Under the pieces are notes generated by a model. It saw only the letters and a list, made by a program, of their open reading frames with translations, was not told the origin of the DNA and did not search any database. Of a DNA stretch of 64,000 nt, positions 34,593 to 45,466 are shown in pieces. Where the stretch lies: assembly GCA_043228905.1 (NCBI GenBank), contig JBHGNT010000003.1:8680001-8744000 (forward strand), given 5' to 3'. This DNA comes from Azolla caroliniana (lineage: Eukaryota > Plantae > Polypodiophyta). The translations under genes and the position numbers were made by a program. Position 1 is the first letter of the stretch. Each line of letters opens with the position of its first letter.

Positions 34593-37431
34593 TTAATCTT
34601 CTTCCAAAATGGCTCGGATGTTTGGTTCTGCTACGGTGTCCGCGTCCGGAGGCGACGTAGGGCCAGTAGGGGCATCGTGGTGTGGTTCCCCTATTTGGTC
34701 GGAATGGCTTATCCCAGTGTACAGTGTGGGTGGTCCGGGTACGGTGGGCTCTTTTTGAGCTAGTGGGTTGGGCTCCGCCGTCTTCATGCTTGCGGTCGGC
34801 CGCGACTCTGTCTCAATCGTCACTTCCTCCATGGTGTTGGCCGTCGTTGTACGCTCTGGGGAGTGGGGTTGCGATTCTGCCTGGCCCGCAACGTTCTCTG
34901 TGTGGTCCGCCGATAGCGTGGGCTCCTGCGGATGGGGCTCCTCTTGGGCAGCGGTTTCGCTGTCTGGTATTGTGGGGGACTTCGCTCGTCGGTCCGCACT
35001 GTTCACCGTCGTGGTAATTTTTGGTGATCTGGCCTGAGGTTCCTCTTCTTTGGCCGTGCTCGGAATTGGCGTCGCGATGGATTCCTCATTTGTTCACGTG
35101 TTGCCGGCTTGTGTGATCTGGTGAAATAGCTCCTCTTGGCTTTCACCAAAATCATCTAAGAGTTGCGTGAGTTCTTCAGAATGTTGGTCCGCTAGCGCAC
35201 GATAGTCTTGTGTTAGGTCCTCGCGTACGACCGCAATGCTCTCCTCATTTAGTTTATAGAAACCTCGGCCGTCTTTTCGCCGGTTTTCCCAGTCCGCACG
35301 ATACGCGTGCAATTCCGTTGCTTGGGTTGCCCACGCCATCCATCCTTTGTCCAACGCCGTTTTCAATTGCGCTGTGAACCTCTCCCGATTTGTTTGTAGA
35401 AGGATACGCACGTTGTCTGTGATGGCCTGGCAACGGTTGCGTGCGTCCTCCACCGACTTCTTGAGGTTTGCAATTTCTTGCTGTCTAACCGCAGTCGCTT
35501 CTTCGTACGTGGTCTTCAGGTCCACCCACAGCTGGGATTCCTTTGCATGGTGTTCTTCTAATTTCCCCATTTCATTGTTTAGGCAGATTTTGAGCTGATG
35601 CCTTCTTTCCTGTTCGACCACCAGCTGCTTGTCGAACCATACCTTCTTTTTCTCCAATAAGGTCTGGAGTCCCACGATTGCTGCCTCCGATTTCTTCGCT
35701 TCCTCCCGTAATTGGGCATTTTCGTCTTTTGTCTGGATGTGTTGTGCTATCTCCACAATGAGTTTCTCTTCAAGGGTTTTTCCTGCCTTCCGACCGTTAG
35801 CCCGGATCTCCTTTTCCCTGTTTGAGGATTGGCGTAGTTCAGCTCGAAGGCGGTCAATTTCTGATTCCGTTAGTTGCACGACCCTTTTCGCTTTTGAGGC
35901 GATGGCGGTCTGAGCCTCAATTTCTTCCTTCAAAGCATTGATGGCGTGGTTTGGTGGCGGAGTTGCTTGTTGCGCCGTAGTCGCGTTAGATTCCAACTTC
36001 GCGATGCGTTCGTTGGCTCTTTGCAGCTCGGCTTGGGTCATTTTCACCTTCTTCCAGACATTCTTATTTTTAATGGCCATCTCCTTGGCGCCCGTGCTGA
36101 CCTTTGCCAGTTCCCTATGGACTTCGACTAGGGCCGTGTTTAATGGGGGTAGCTCCATCCTCACTTGGCGTACACCGGCGTTCCTCTATTTGCCGACCCT
36201 GGCTAGCCGGTCCTCATCGTCACTCTCCGCCGTTTGTGTTAGGGCGCGCTCGATCATCTGCCGCTCCGCGTGCTCCTCAACCATTCATTGTGAGGCCTTT
36301 ATCTATTGCGTTGCCAGGAATTCCATGAGCTCAAAAGAGGTTCTGAATTGTAAGAGGGCGCTGAACTCATGGGCCGTGTCCGGGATATCTGGATATGCCA
36401 AAACCTCACTTTCCGCCGTTAATACGACTTTCCCTCGTTGGGACTGGGTCGTAATGATCGGCCGTGGCTCCTAGATGATTTCGAAGGTGGTATTGGGCTC
36501 CGTAGCTGCGGAGCCATCGCCTTCGGTCGTTGTCTTTGCTGCCGTGGGGACGTCTTTGACCAATCCCTGCCCATCTTTCCTGTCCAATCTCTGTTGTTTC
36601 GGTCTGGGGCTATCCTGCCGTGTTTCGGCGTCTGGCTCTGGGCTGCTTCCGCGGAGCGTGCCGGCTGTTCCTCCGGCGTTGGCCGTGTGTCTGGCTGGGC
36701 AGGTTGGGGTTCCTCTTCCCACTCTGGGGTAGCTAACTCCGCTAACCTGCGCTTCGCGGATTGAGCCGGAGGCGTGGGTCGGCTGGGCTGCGGTGCCGGC
36801 AGGCCTCGGGGTGGGAATAGCACCGTAAGGTACTGTTGTATGATCGGCCTGAGCTTCTTGTCTGCCTGATATGCATGCAGGCCTTCCGCTTGGGCATCCC
36901 ATATGTGTTGACGTGTACGCAACTGACCTCTAACAGGAACTTGGCGACTTCACGGAAGAAGGGATCCGGGATCTGCTTCGTTCTATAGGCCTTGGCGGAG
37001 AAGGAATATGGCCCAAAATATCTATGCAGCGCCTCTACAGGAGGGATTTCGAAATGCCTTTTGCCTAGCGATGACAAGTCCAACTTTTTCCGGATGGAAG
37101 AGTTGGTGACCATGTCGATGTTAAGCTTTCTGACGATGTCCATGGCATCCGGGTGTGGGGGTGCCTCTGTGACCCGGATGTACCCATCTAGGCGTTTCTC
37201 CACGAGCCATCGGCGTAAGGCCGTAGAGATGAAGATCAGCATCACTAGAGTAGGTTCGTGGGGAGGAGACTGGTGGTTGCGGTGGGCTGGAGCTCTGTGA
37301 TAGGATGGAGGAGAAGGTGAGGGGGAGGAGCGATGGGAGCGCTGATAGTTAGAAAGTGGGTTTCTGTTTTGTGTAGAAGATCTTCTATTTCCTTCTTTTT
37401 GTGGCTTAGGGTTCATTGGGCGGTGAGCCAT
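34593..37431 (-). pseudogene. Extra ORF downstream of integrase (~900 aa when reconstructed): S/P-rich N-terminus, globular segment, P/A/T linker, long coiled-coil, T/E/P-rich tail
   Basis: Track ORFs 36742..37473, 36419..36922, 36471..36902, 35094..36164 and 34593..35006. The last three share one frame, separated by point stops. Heptad-rich segment at 35094..36164. Confidence 0.75.
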
Positions 37432-37583
37432 CGTGGTGCCGCGTGTTCTTGATCTAGGAGTCTGTGCATGCATTTCGTCCTTTTAATAGTGTTGCTATCC
37501 TCTCTCTTTTTTTTTTCTTTTTTTTTCCCGTAACGGTTACATACAACCTATTTTTACATTATGATACAAGTGGGGCCGTCCAA

Positions 37584-40500
37584 TTACGCCGCGGGTTCTC
37601 CGGCTTTGTCCTGTCCGGTGGTGAATGGGTTGGGTGGTGTAGGGCCCAGGTAAGGTTTAAGGCGAAACCCATTCACCTTTTGCCGTACTACTTCCCCGGC
37701 CAGCGTACCTAGTTGGAACGTGCCTTGTTCCGCTCCAATTATCCAGTACGGGTTGGTCCAGCGGAATCGTAACTTCCCTGGCATATGGCCCATGCGGGTT
37801 TGGAAAACCAGCACCGCTCGATCGACGGCGAAATCCTTTCCCCTTGCGTTCCGATGTCAATCCACAAACGCTTTACGCCGTCACTGTTCCTGCTCCAACA
37901 CAGCCATGCTGTGTATGTGTTTTTCCTTGAGTTCGAGTAGCTGGTGGAGCCGTACCTCCTCCGACTTGGCTTTCGATAGTCGGTCCCGTACTTGAATCCG
38001 CAAACTGGGTACCTGAAATTCTACTGGCATCACAGCCTCCAGCCCAAACGCTAGTCGAAACGGTGTTGATTGTATGCTTGTTTTGTAGCTGGTTCTGTAC
38101 GCCCATAACGCACTCTGTAATTTGGTATCCCAGTCCGTTCTATTTTCATTGAAGATTTTCTTCAAGATGGTCTGCAACGTCTTGTTGGTGGATTCCGCTA
38201 ACCCATCGCCTGTGGATAATATGGCGTACTCTTCTTGTGGACTACGATGTAATGATGTGTTAGTTCCCGAACCACCGTATTGAGAAAGTGACTCCCCTGG
38301 TCACTGATGAGCTCAATCGGACAACCGAACCGACACTAGATGTGCTCGTAAAGGAATCTCGCTGTGACGGCCGCCGTATTTTCTTGTTGTGCCTTTGCTT
38401 CTACCCACTTGGTGCAATAATCCGTGGCTACCAATATGTATTTATTGCCCGTACAGGCTGCCGCTGGTGTGAAGGGGCCACAAAATCCAATCCCCACTTT
38501 TGGAAGGGGTCTAGCAGTAATATGGGCTGGTGTGGCATCCTTGCGCCCTCCGTGGGCTGGTGTCAAGATTCGAACTCTTGACATGACCATGTTATAATCG
38601 AGTGTTATGTGTTAACCACACATCTAACATATAATCATGTATATACTTCCTCATTGTAGGTTTTAGCTAGCATCATGTGCATAATTTCTCCCTTGTATTA
38701 TTAACACTTGGCACATGCATGCGTACCTACTGCCTACATGCTCTATTGTATCACATGCGTGCAATAGGTATGCATGCCACTTAGTATAAATAGTTGAGTT
38801 CACCTTGAAGGAATTCAAGGTGAACAACGCCAGTCATGGGCATATCAATCTAGTATTCTCGTTTCACCCATCTTCTCTCCTTAATCTTCATCTCTATCTT
38901 TATGCTCTTGTGTCATTCCGTCATCGCTCCGTCATAGCCTCATCATCCGTGCTCCATCTTAGTCCACGCTTGGTGTGTCCGTGACAACTGGCCCATCCGT
39001 TGACACAAATCACACTTTCTACAATACTCGGATGCGTCCTTTCTACACTTTCTACTCTGAGGCGTCGACGAACACGTGGAAGGGCTTTGTCCAAACTGGT
39101 GGTTGTACGACGGGGGCCTGTGTGAGCATTATCTTAAGTGCCTCATAGGCCTTTTCTTCCGTTGAGGTCCATTGGAAGGGAGTCCAATGCATGGCAGCAT
39201 GTAACGGTGTGGCGAAGTCTGCCAAATATCGTATCATCTGACTATGCCACCGTATTTGTCCTAAAATCGGTTGAGTGATTTCGCGTTTGTCAGAGTTTTG
39301 GCTTGCGTAATCGCGGAGATCTTGTTCGGATCGACCGCTATTCCCTCCTTGCTGATTATATGGCCTAGGAGAGTCCCGCTGGTCACGCCGAAGGCACATT
39401 TCGCGGGATTCAGGCTTAAGCGTGCGGTGCGGCAACGTTCCAGGCACAGTTGTAGGTGCGTAAAATGGTCTATTGTTCTCCCATATACCGCAAAGTCGTC
39501 TAGAAAAACTTGCATGAACGCCGGAATATATTCCCCAAAGATCTCCGTAATTGTCCATTGAAATGTTGTCGGCGCCGTCTTTAGCCCGATCATCATGACG
39601 ACTGCCACATAGACTCCCCAGTCCGTGACAAATGCCGTCTTCTCTTGGTCCTCGAGATGCATGCGTACCTGGTTATATCCATTGAAGCCATCTAAAAAAC
39701 TGTACATCTCATGTCTTACGACGGCGTCCAGTACGCTATCGGTGAACGGTAAAGGGAATGCGTCCGTAATGGTTACGACGTTTAATTTTCGGTAATCCAC
39801 GCATACCCGTATTTTGCCGTTTTTCTTTGGAACGACCACTATCAGACTTAACCATGTGGCTTGTTTAACTGGTCGTATGAACCCCGCCTTCAGGAGTTTT
39901 TCAATTTCTTCTTTTACGCGGGTCGCGTAGTTCGGGTTCATGCGGTAGCGGCGTTGCTGGACGGGTTTTGTGTCGGTTGCTAAATTGATCTTATGTTGAT
40001 AGAACTTGGGATCTAACCCCTTCATGTCCTCGTGAGCCCAAGAGAACATGTCTTTATATTTCTTGAGTAGTGCAATCATCCTGTTTCTTTGGTCCGGCCT
40101 TAATTCCTTTGCGATGGAGAGGAAACGGGGTTCCACCTCCGTACCCACATTTACTTCTTCCAGGGCGGAGGCGGTGACTCGTCGTGAAATTTCCATTTCC
40201 CTTTCGAATGCCGCCCGTGCTCTGCTGAGTTCCAATATGGACTCTGGGTTTGGTTCGTAAGCCTCGTCGTGGAGAATAGTGGCCGTGGCATATTCTGCCG
40301 CAGTTGCGATGACGTCGATTTTGAACAGTGGAATGATCCAAGGGTGCTCATCTAGGTATGCCTCTAATTTTGCATCCTCCACCCCAACCAACATATTTAT
40401 ATCTTCTGCGTATAATGGTGTTATACCCTTGGGTTGTGGCGTGCTTCCTTCCGTAGGTACGCGAACCTTAGTGCGTCTGTGTCAAAAATTGATACACTTG

Positions 40501-42423
40501 TGTTGCCAGCTCTACTTGATATTTGCTGCCTGAAGCCATGGTCTGCCCAGAAGCACTGGGAACGCCCCTGGGGCGTCCAAGGCGAGGACGACCGCCAAGA
40601 TGTCGAAGCGATGTCCACCCACGATAATGCCTATCTTGCGAATTAACCCCAATGGTCGTACTGAGCGGGTATCTACCATTCGGAGCCAGAATGGGCAAGC
40701 CTCCCATTCTGAAATGCCTAACTGCTCGCAAGTTTTTGCGCTAATTACATTGACGCCTGATCCGCCATCGATTACGCATCCAGGAATTTCCTGTCTGTGT
40801 AATATTAATGTAATAGCCGGGTTGTGGTGATCCACTACAGGCGGTCCATCACTAACGTCTGTAAGGTTTGTAGCGACGCTCACCTCGGGTATGCCCATCA
40901 CCCGTTCTTCCATGGTTTGGCGGAAGCGTGGGACTAACTGCAGCAGCTTCTCCATGGTTAACATTATCTCGCAGCCCGCTAATGCCTGCCAAATGGGGTC
41001 TGGGACCGTTCCTTCGTCCTCCACTCACTCCCTCGTATTTGCGGACTCCTTCCGCATGCGCTCTATATTGGTCGCGTTTGCTTTTTCCACCCATTCCTAG
41101 GCTTGTCATTGTATCTCATCTTGCGCGGCCCAATCATCCGTTTTATTTGCTGGCGTGTCGTGACTTGCTGCACTTCCGCCGTAATTGTATTGACGGCGGG
41201 CCCCTTGCCCTTGCGTGCTGGGCATTGCGTGGCATAATGTCCAGGCTGCTGACAAATAAAACAATGGATGCTTGATTCACCCTTTTCGGCTCCTGGTGGT
41301 GTGTGCCGATCCCCTGGTGCGACTTGCTCCTCACGGTCCGGCCTCGTTTGTCGGAATGCACGCAGTGGTTGCTGTTGGTCCCGACGTGGTTCTTGGTGTC
41401 GCTCATCTCCCGAGCTTTCGTCGTAACGCCGGTGATCTCGATATTGCCGCGGCTTCCCACGATAACCATTGAAGCCGCCACGTTTGTTTGTCGGCCGGTG
41501 ATTCTCATAGCACCGGCCCCCTTTAGCATAACTCGGAGGTTCACGATAATCCTCATCCTCTGGTTCGTCTTCCTCGAAATCGTTGTGATTTCGGCGATTC
41601 CGGTGGTGCCGGTCGTCACGTGGGTTGCAATCCACATATCGTGGTTAGTCTTCTTGCCGCCTTTGTTCAGTATGGCATGGGGGACGCTGTGTGTCCATGC
41701 TACGTACTGTGGGAGTGGCTCTGTTGAACATATTGTATTCGCATTGGTTGACTGTGTGAGCCTTCGAGTGGCAGATTGGGCAGTGGATTCGCATGTTGCA
41801 CTCCACTGCGGAATGCCCCGAGTTCAAGCAAATCGTGCACTGGATTGCTTGACGAAATTGGCATTCCTCGTCCTGGGGTAACGCTTGTCGTAAGGAGAAC
41901 ATATAAAACCTTTCCTCCTCCTCGTCCAACTCGAGCTGTAACACTCGTTCAATGACCATATTTGCCGTTTCCCCTTTCACGCTATTGCTGTTGAGCGTTG
42001 CCCGTATGGGTTGACGTAATGCTGCCAGAAATGTCTCTCGAGCCTCGTCCTCCACGGGGCTCCATTCTAGTTTCCGCCGTAAATTTTGGAAACGTAAGCT
42101 GAAGTCTGCGATCGTCTCGGTCGGCAGTTGCTTAATTGTGTAGAACTGTCCAAGGATTTCGCGTTGTGGAACCCTCCGATGGAAGAACCGCAAGAAAGCG
42201 GACTGCAGCTGATCGAAGGTTGTGATTGCTGGCAAATCCATCTGTGAATGCCAAAATGCCGCTCGCCCATCCAATGTTAACCCGAACTCCGTCATTTTCG
42301 ATTGGTGCGCTACCGCCTCCGAAAGGCTCTGCGCCATGTGGTTCACATTCCAGACATTGAGGAACATGCGAATATGGGTTGCGGCGTTGGTTTCACCGTT
42401 AAAGCGGGGATAGGCAAAGGCCA
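37584..42423 (-). pseudogene. gag-pol of the 34146-43150 gypsy element (disrupted)
   Basis: Gag MAFAYPRFNGE with CCHC knuckles CTICLNSGHSAVEC, CPICHSKAHTVNQC and CFICQQPGHYATQC; protease CVIDGGSGVN; RT (RVCVDYRKLN, FLDGFNGYNQ, VFLDDF); RNase H start HVFVDAS; integrase (ILVATDYCTKWVEA, ALWAYRT..TPFRLAFG, RWTNPY). Confidence 0.92.
38590..39050. mobile_element. Solo-LTR-like insertion replacing RNase H and the integrase N-terminus
   Basis: AT-richer non-coding block starting TGTTATAATC, TATAAATA near 38785, ending ..TTCTACA at ~39047. No TSD; host coding sequence is discontinuous across it. Confidence 0.65.
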
Positions 42424-42695
42424 TGCTGGGGGCTACGGCGGGTCGGGAAAGACCACAATGTTGCTGTGGTGAACGTGCTCCCCGTGTATTGTCGAGGTAT
42501 TTGGAGAGCGAAGAATCACCTTTGTCATGACGGCAAGTAGTACTGAGGTCGCTTAGGCGAGGCTTTTGTCGTGCGCGTTCCTTTGCCTGGCGTGTGATGG
42601 ACCTTGTGATTGGCCGGTCTTGTCGTGTTGGTTCTCTGGGGCATCTGTGGCTAAACATCGATTTGTCGTTGTTCGTCTGTGAGAAGACACAGATC

Positions 42696-42709
42696 ACCAA
42701 GCGTGCCAA
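42696..42709 (-). promoter_or_regulatory. Primer-binding site, tRNA-Arg type (TGGCACGC..)
   Basis: Minus strand reads ..TAACA TTTT TGGCACGCTTGGTG. TGGCACGC-type PBSs are known from tRNA-Arg-primed Tat/Ogre elements. Confidence 0.75.
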
Positions 42710-42712
42710 AAA

Positions 42713-43150
42713 TGTTACCGATTAGGAACACGGTCTGCGGTCAGTCCTTCGACCTAGACCTCCAAGTGATTGTGAAACAACGAATGGTGGTGTCTATGCG
42801 TACTACGTAGGGGAATGTTCCCCATAACCTAGCAACGTATAAGGGAGACGGCTACAACCGACTCCGTAGCAGTGGTTACACTCACGTTCTTACACTCTTA
42901 GGTATTCCAGACACACAGTAGATTAGCCGTAGCTATACACAGATTTTCAGAGAAGATAGAAATCTATTACAATACGCTTCTTTACATTCCAAAATACACG
43001 CCCCTTCTATCAGAGGTTTTTCGCCCTTTATATACGCAGGGTCTATTTAGCTGTTCACGCTTCCTGCGTGAACCGTTACATGCGTTATGATCTTATACTA
43101 TTTCTTATTCCTATGCTCTTGTCCGTCGGTTACTATTCCGGCGGACAACA
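42713..43150 (-). repeat. 5' LTR (438 bp)
   Basis: Direct repeat of 34146-34569; followed by TSD TATAG. Confidence 0.96.
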
Positions 43151-44062
43151 TATAGTAGCAATTAACCTGGCCATTTTAGTCAGTCTATCAACTACAAACC
43201 AAATGACATCATGCCTTTTTGGGTGCAAGGAATGCTAACAATAAAATCCATGGATATATTTTCCAATTTATTGTTGGGAATGTGCCAGGCATGTAAAAGT
43301 CCAATAATTTTAAGTCGCTCAGCTTTGTTAACCTGACATTGGTGACATTTAGTCAAATAATTATGTATGTCAATACACATCTTATGCCAATAGAATTGAG
43401 TGGAGATGAGAATGAGTGTGCGATGTATTCTGGGGTGCCTTGCTGAAGGTGCATCGTGGCATTAAAAAAGAATTCTCTTTTTGACTTCAACCAAATGTAG
43501 AACACAAACCTTCCCATTCCAGTAGAGAATATTGTTAGTAATGTGGAAGGATCCCTTCGAGGGAGTGGTGATATTTGTTCTAGATTCGACCCTTTCCCAG
43601 TATGTTCCAAAATTTTTTTTCATCAGGAAACTTTCCTCAAAGGTTATCAGAAAGATCTAATGTTATTTCTGTGAAGCTAAGCATGTTAACATCATGGATG
43701 CGACTGAATGCATTAGTGAAAATGTTCATGGAACCTTTACGATATTGTATGGAAAAATCAATGTCTTGGATGAGATATGCTCATTTTTCCTAATGAACTT
43801 TAAGGTCTTGTTGGTCACAAAAATATTTCATGGATTCATGGTCCATAGTTACCAAAAACCAATTTCCATAAAGATAATGGTGCCATGAATTTAGTGCATG
43901 AATAAATTGCGAATAAATTTTTTTCTTCAACGGTATGCGGACACTAAGCAAGATCAAGTTTCTTACTCTCAAATGATATTGGTTTACCATCTTGAAATAA
44001 AACAACACCTATAGCATAATCACTTGCATTGGTTTCAACTTTCAACCTAAAAAGGTTGTGAA

Positions 44063-44842
44063 GGATTTGGCAAAAGACGCAAAGGAGCCTAGCACACTTG
44101 GTCCTTGAGTTCATTAAAGGCAAGGTTTAAATTGTATACATGTTTGAACTTTAAGAAGATACGAGATGTGGCTTTCTTGTGTAGAACCGTCCTCATGACT
44201 TTGACCTGGCTATGGATGATGGTTGTTGCATAGGTCTCGTTGCCATTTCCTTAGTCTTTTAATATTTGTTGATGTTTTGCATCATATTTTAACCAATGTT
44301 TTGTGACGGAGTCTAATGCTAACTTCTCAGGTTTTCCCTACTAGCGACGAGTTTCCTATGATTTCCTAGACATATGTCTTGTCCATGCTCTGTTATGTTG
44401 TATGCAGGATAAGCCTTTTGAGAAGAAGTACCATCATGATTGCCCAGTGTTGGATCTGGCAAAATAAGTGAAGGAGCCTAGCACACTTGGTCCTTGAGTT
44501 CATTAAAGGCAAGGTCTAAATTGTAGACTTACATGTTTGAACTTTAAGAAGATACAAGATGTGGCTTTCCTATGTAGAACCATCTTCATGACTTAGACCT
44601 GGCTATGGATGATGCTTGTTGCATGGGGTCTCGTTGTCATTTCCTAGTCTTTTAATATTCGTTGATGTTTTGCATCATACGCTAACCGACGTTTTGTGGT
44701 GGAGTCTGATGCCAACTTCTCACGTTTTCCCTACTCGCGACGAGTTTCCTGAGATTTCCTAGACGTATGTCTTGTCCATGCTATGTTATGTTGCATGTAG
44801 GGTAAGCCTTCTAAGAAGAAGTACCATTGTGGTTGCCAAGTG
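44063..44842. repeat. Tandem duplication of a ~389-bp unit (2 copies)
   Basis: AAGGAGCCTAGCACACTTGGTCCTTGAGTTCATTAAAGGCAAGG at 44082 and 44471, collinear through GAAGAAGTACCAT. Confidence 0.92.
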
Positions 44843-45466
44843 TCATTCTCCTAGGAACAACAATGCCCAATGCTGGATAACATGATCTTGTAACAAGAGT
44901 AAATCACAAAACATAGACAAACTGCTTCAAGCATTCAAAAATTAATATAGGTTCTTTGCTATCATCCCCACCTTGGTTCTATTTGTCTAGAGACAGTTAT
45001 AGAGACAACCATGGGGTGAACAGTCACACCCGTTCGAAAGGCGGTTAGGAAAATATACCAATAATATATACGAAAATACAAAATAATACTTAAGGGTGTC
45101 TTAAGACCTTAACAATGATATAAAACATTGGTATTACATGTGGCATAAAACTATTGGTAGCTATGTAGCTAACATAATACTATTGATATATGTATGTGTA
45201 TAACAACTTCTTGAAATGTTTTCATGGTTGCCCTATAATAGAGATAAATAAGTCTAATAGAATGTTTTTTTTTTTGTTTGTTTTTGAACCATCCACAAAA
45301 ATTGATTTAAAATATTTTTCTCTCCAAGGAGAACTACAAAGAGGAAATATACATGAAAACAATCCCTTGTGTTCAAGTTCAAATAGAATATGTGTCATAT
45401 GTTCACTTAGGAAATCATTGTATGCCTAAAATAGGTATTGATGAAAGACCAATGAACTTTGGTACT

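Larger units (their letters stand above)
34146..43150 (-). mobile_element. Complete non-chromovirus Ty3/gypsy LTR retrotransposon (9.0 kb) with an extra 3' ORF
   Basis: LTRs 34146-34569 and 42713-43150 (TG..CA). Perfect 5-bp TSD TATAG at 34141-34145 and 43151-43155. PBS TGGCACGCTTGGTG. Domain order gag-PR-RT-(RH)-INT. Confidence 0.96.
32930..44050 (-). mobile_element. Old degenerate Ty3/gypsy chromovirus (RNase H, integrase, chromodomain-like end, PPT, 3' LTR from 33182 leftwards), split by the 34146-43150 insertion
   Basis: 43790..44008 ALNSWHHYLYGNWFLVTMDHESMKY (RNase H); 43192..43380 KCHQCQVNK..ISMDFIV (integrase); 33516..33926 LEFSYNS..TGYSPF..KLAPWFCEPF; DATWEHENIIKTNFPNF near 33220-33270; PPT AAGAGGGGGAG at ~33195-33185. 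Outer boundaries approximate. Confidence 0.8.

Noticed and set aside
35347-37300. Plus-strand ORFs antisense to the gypsy extra ORF
   Set aside because: Shadow frames of GC-rich coding sequence with no motifs.
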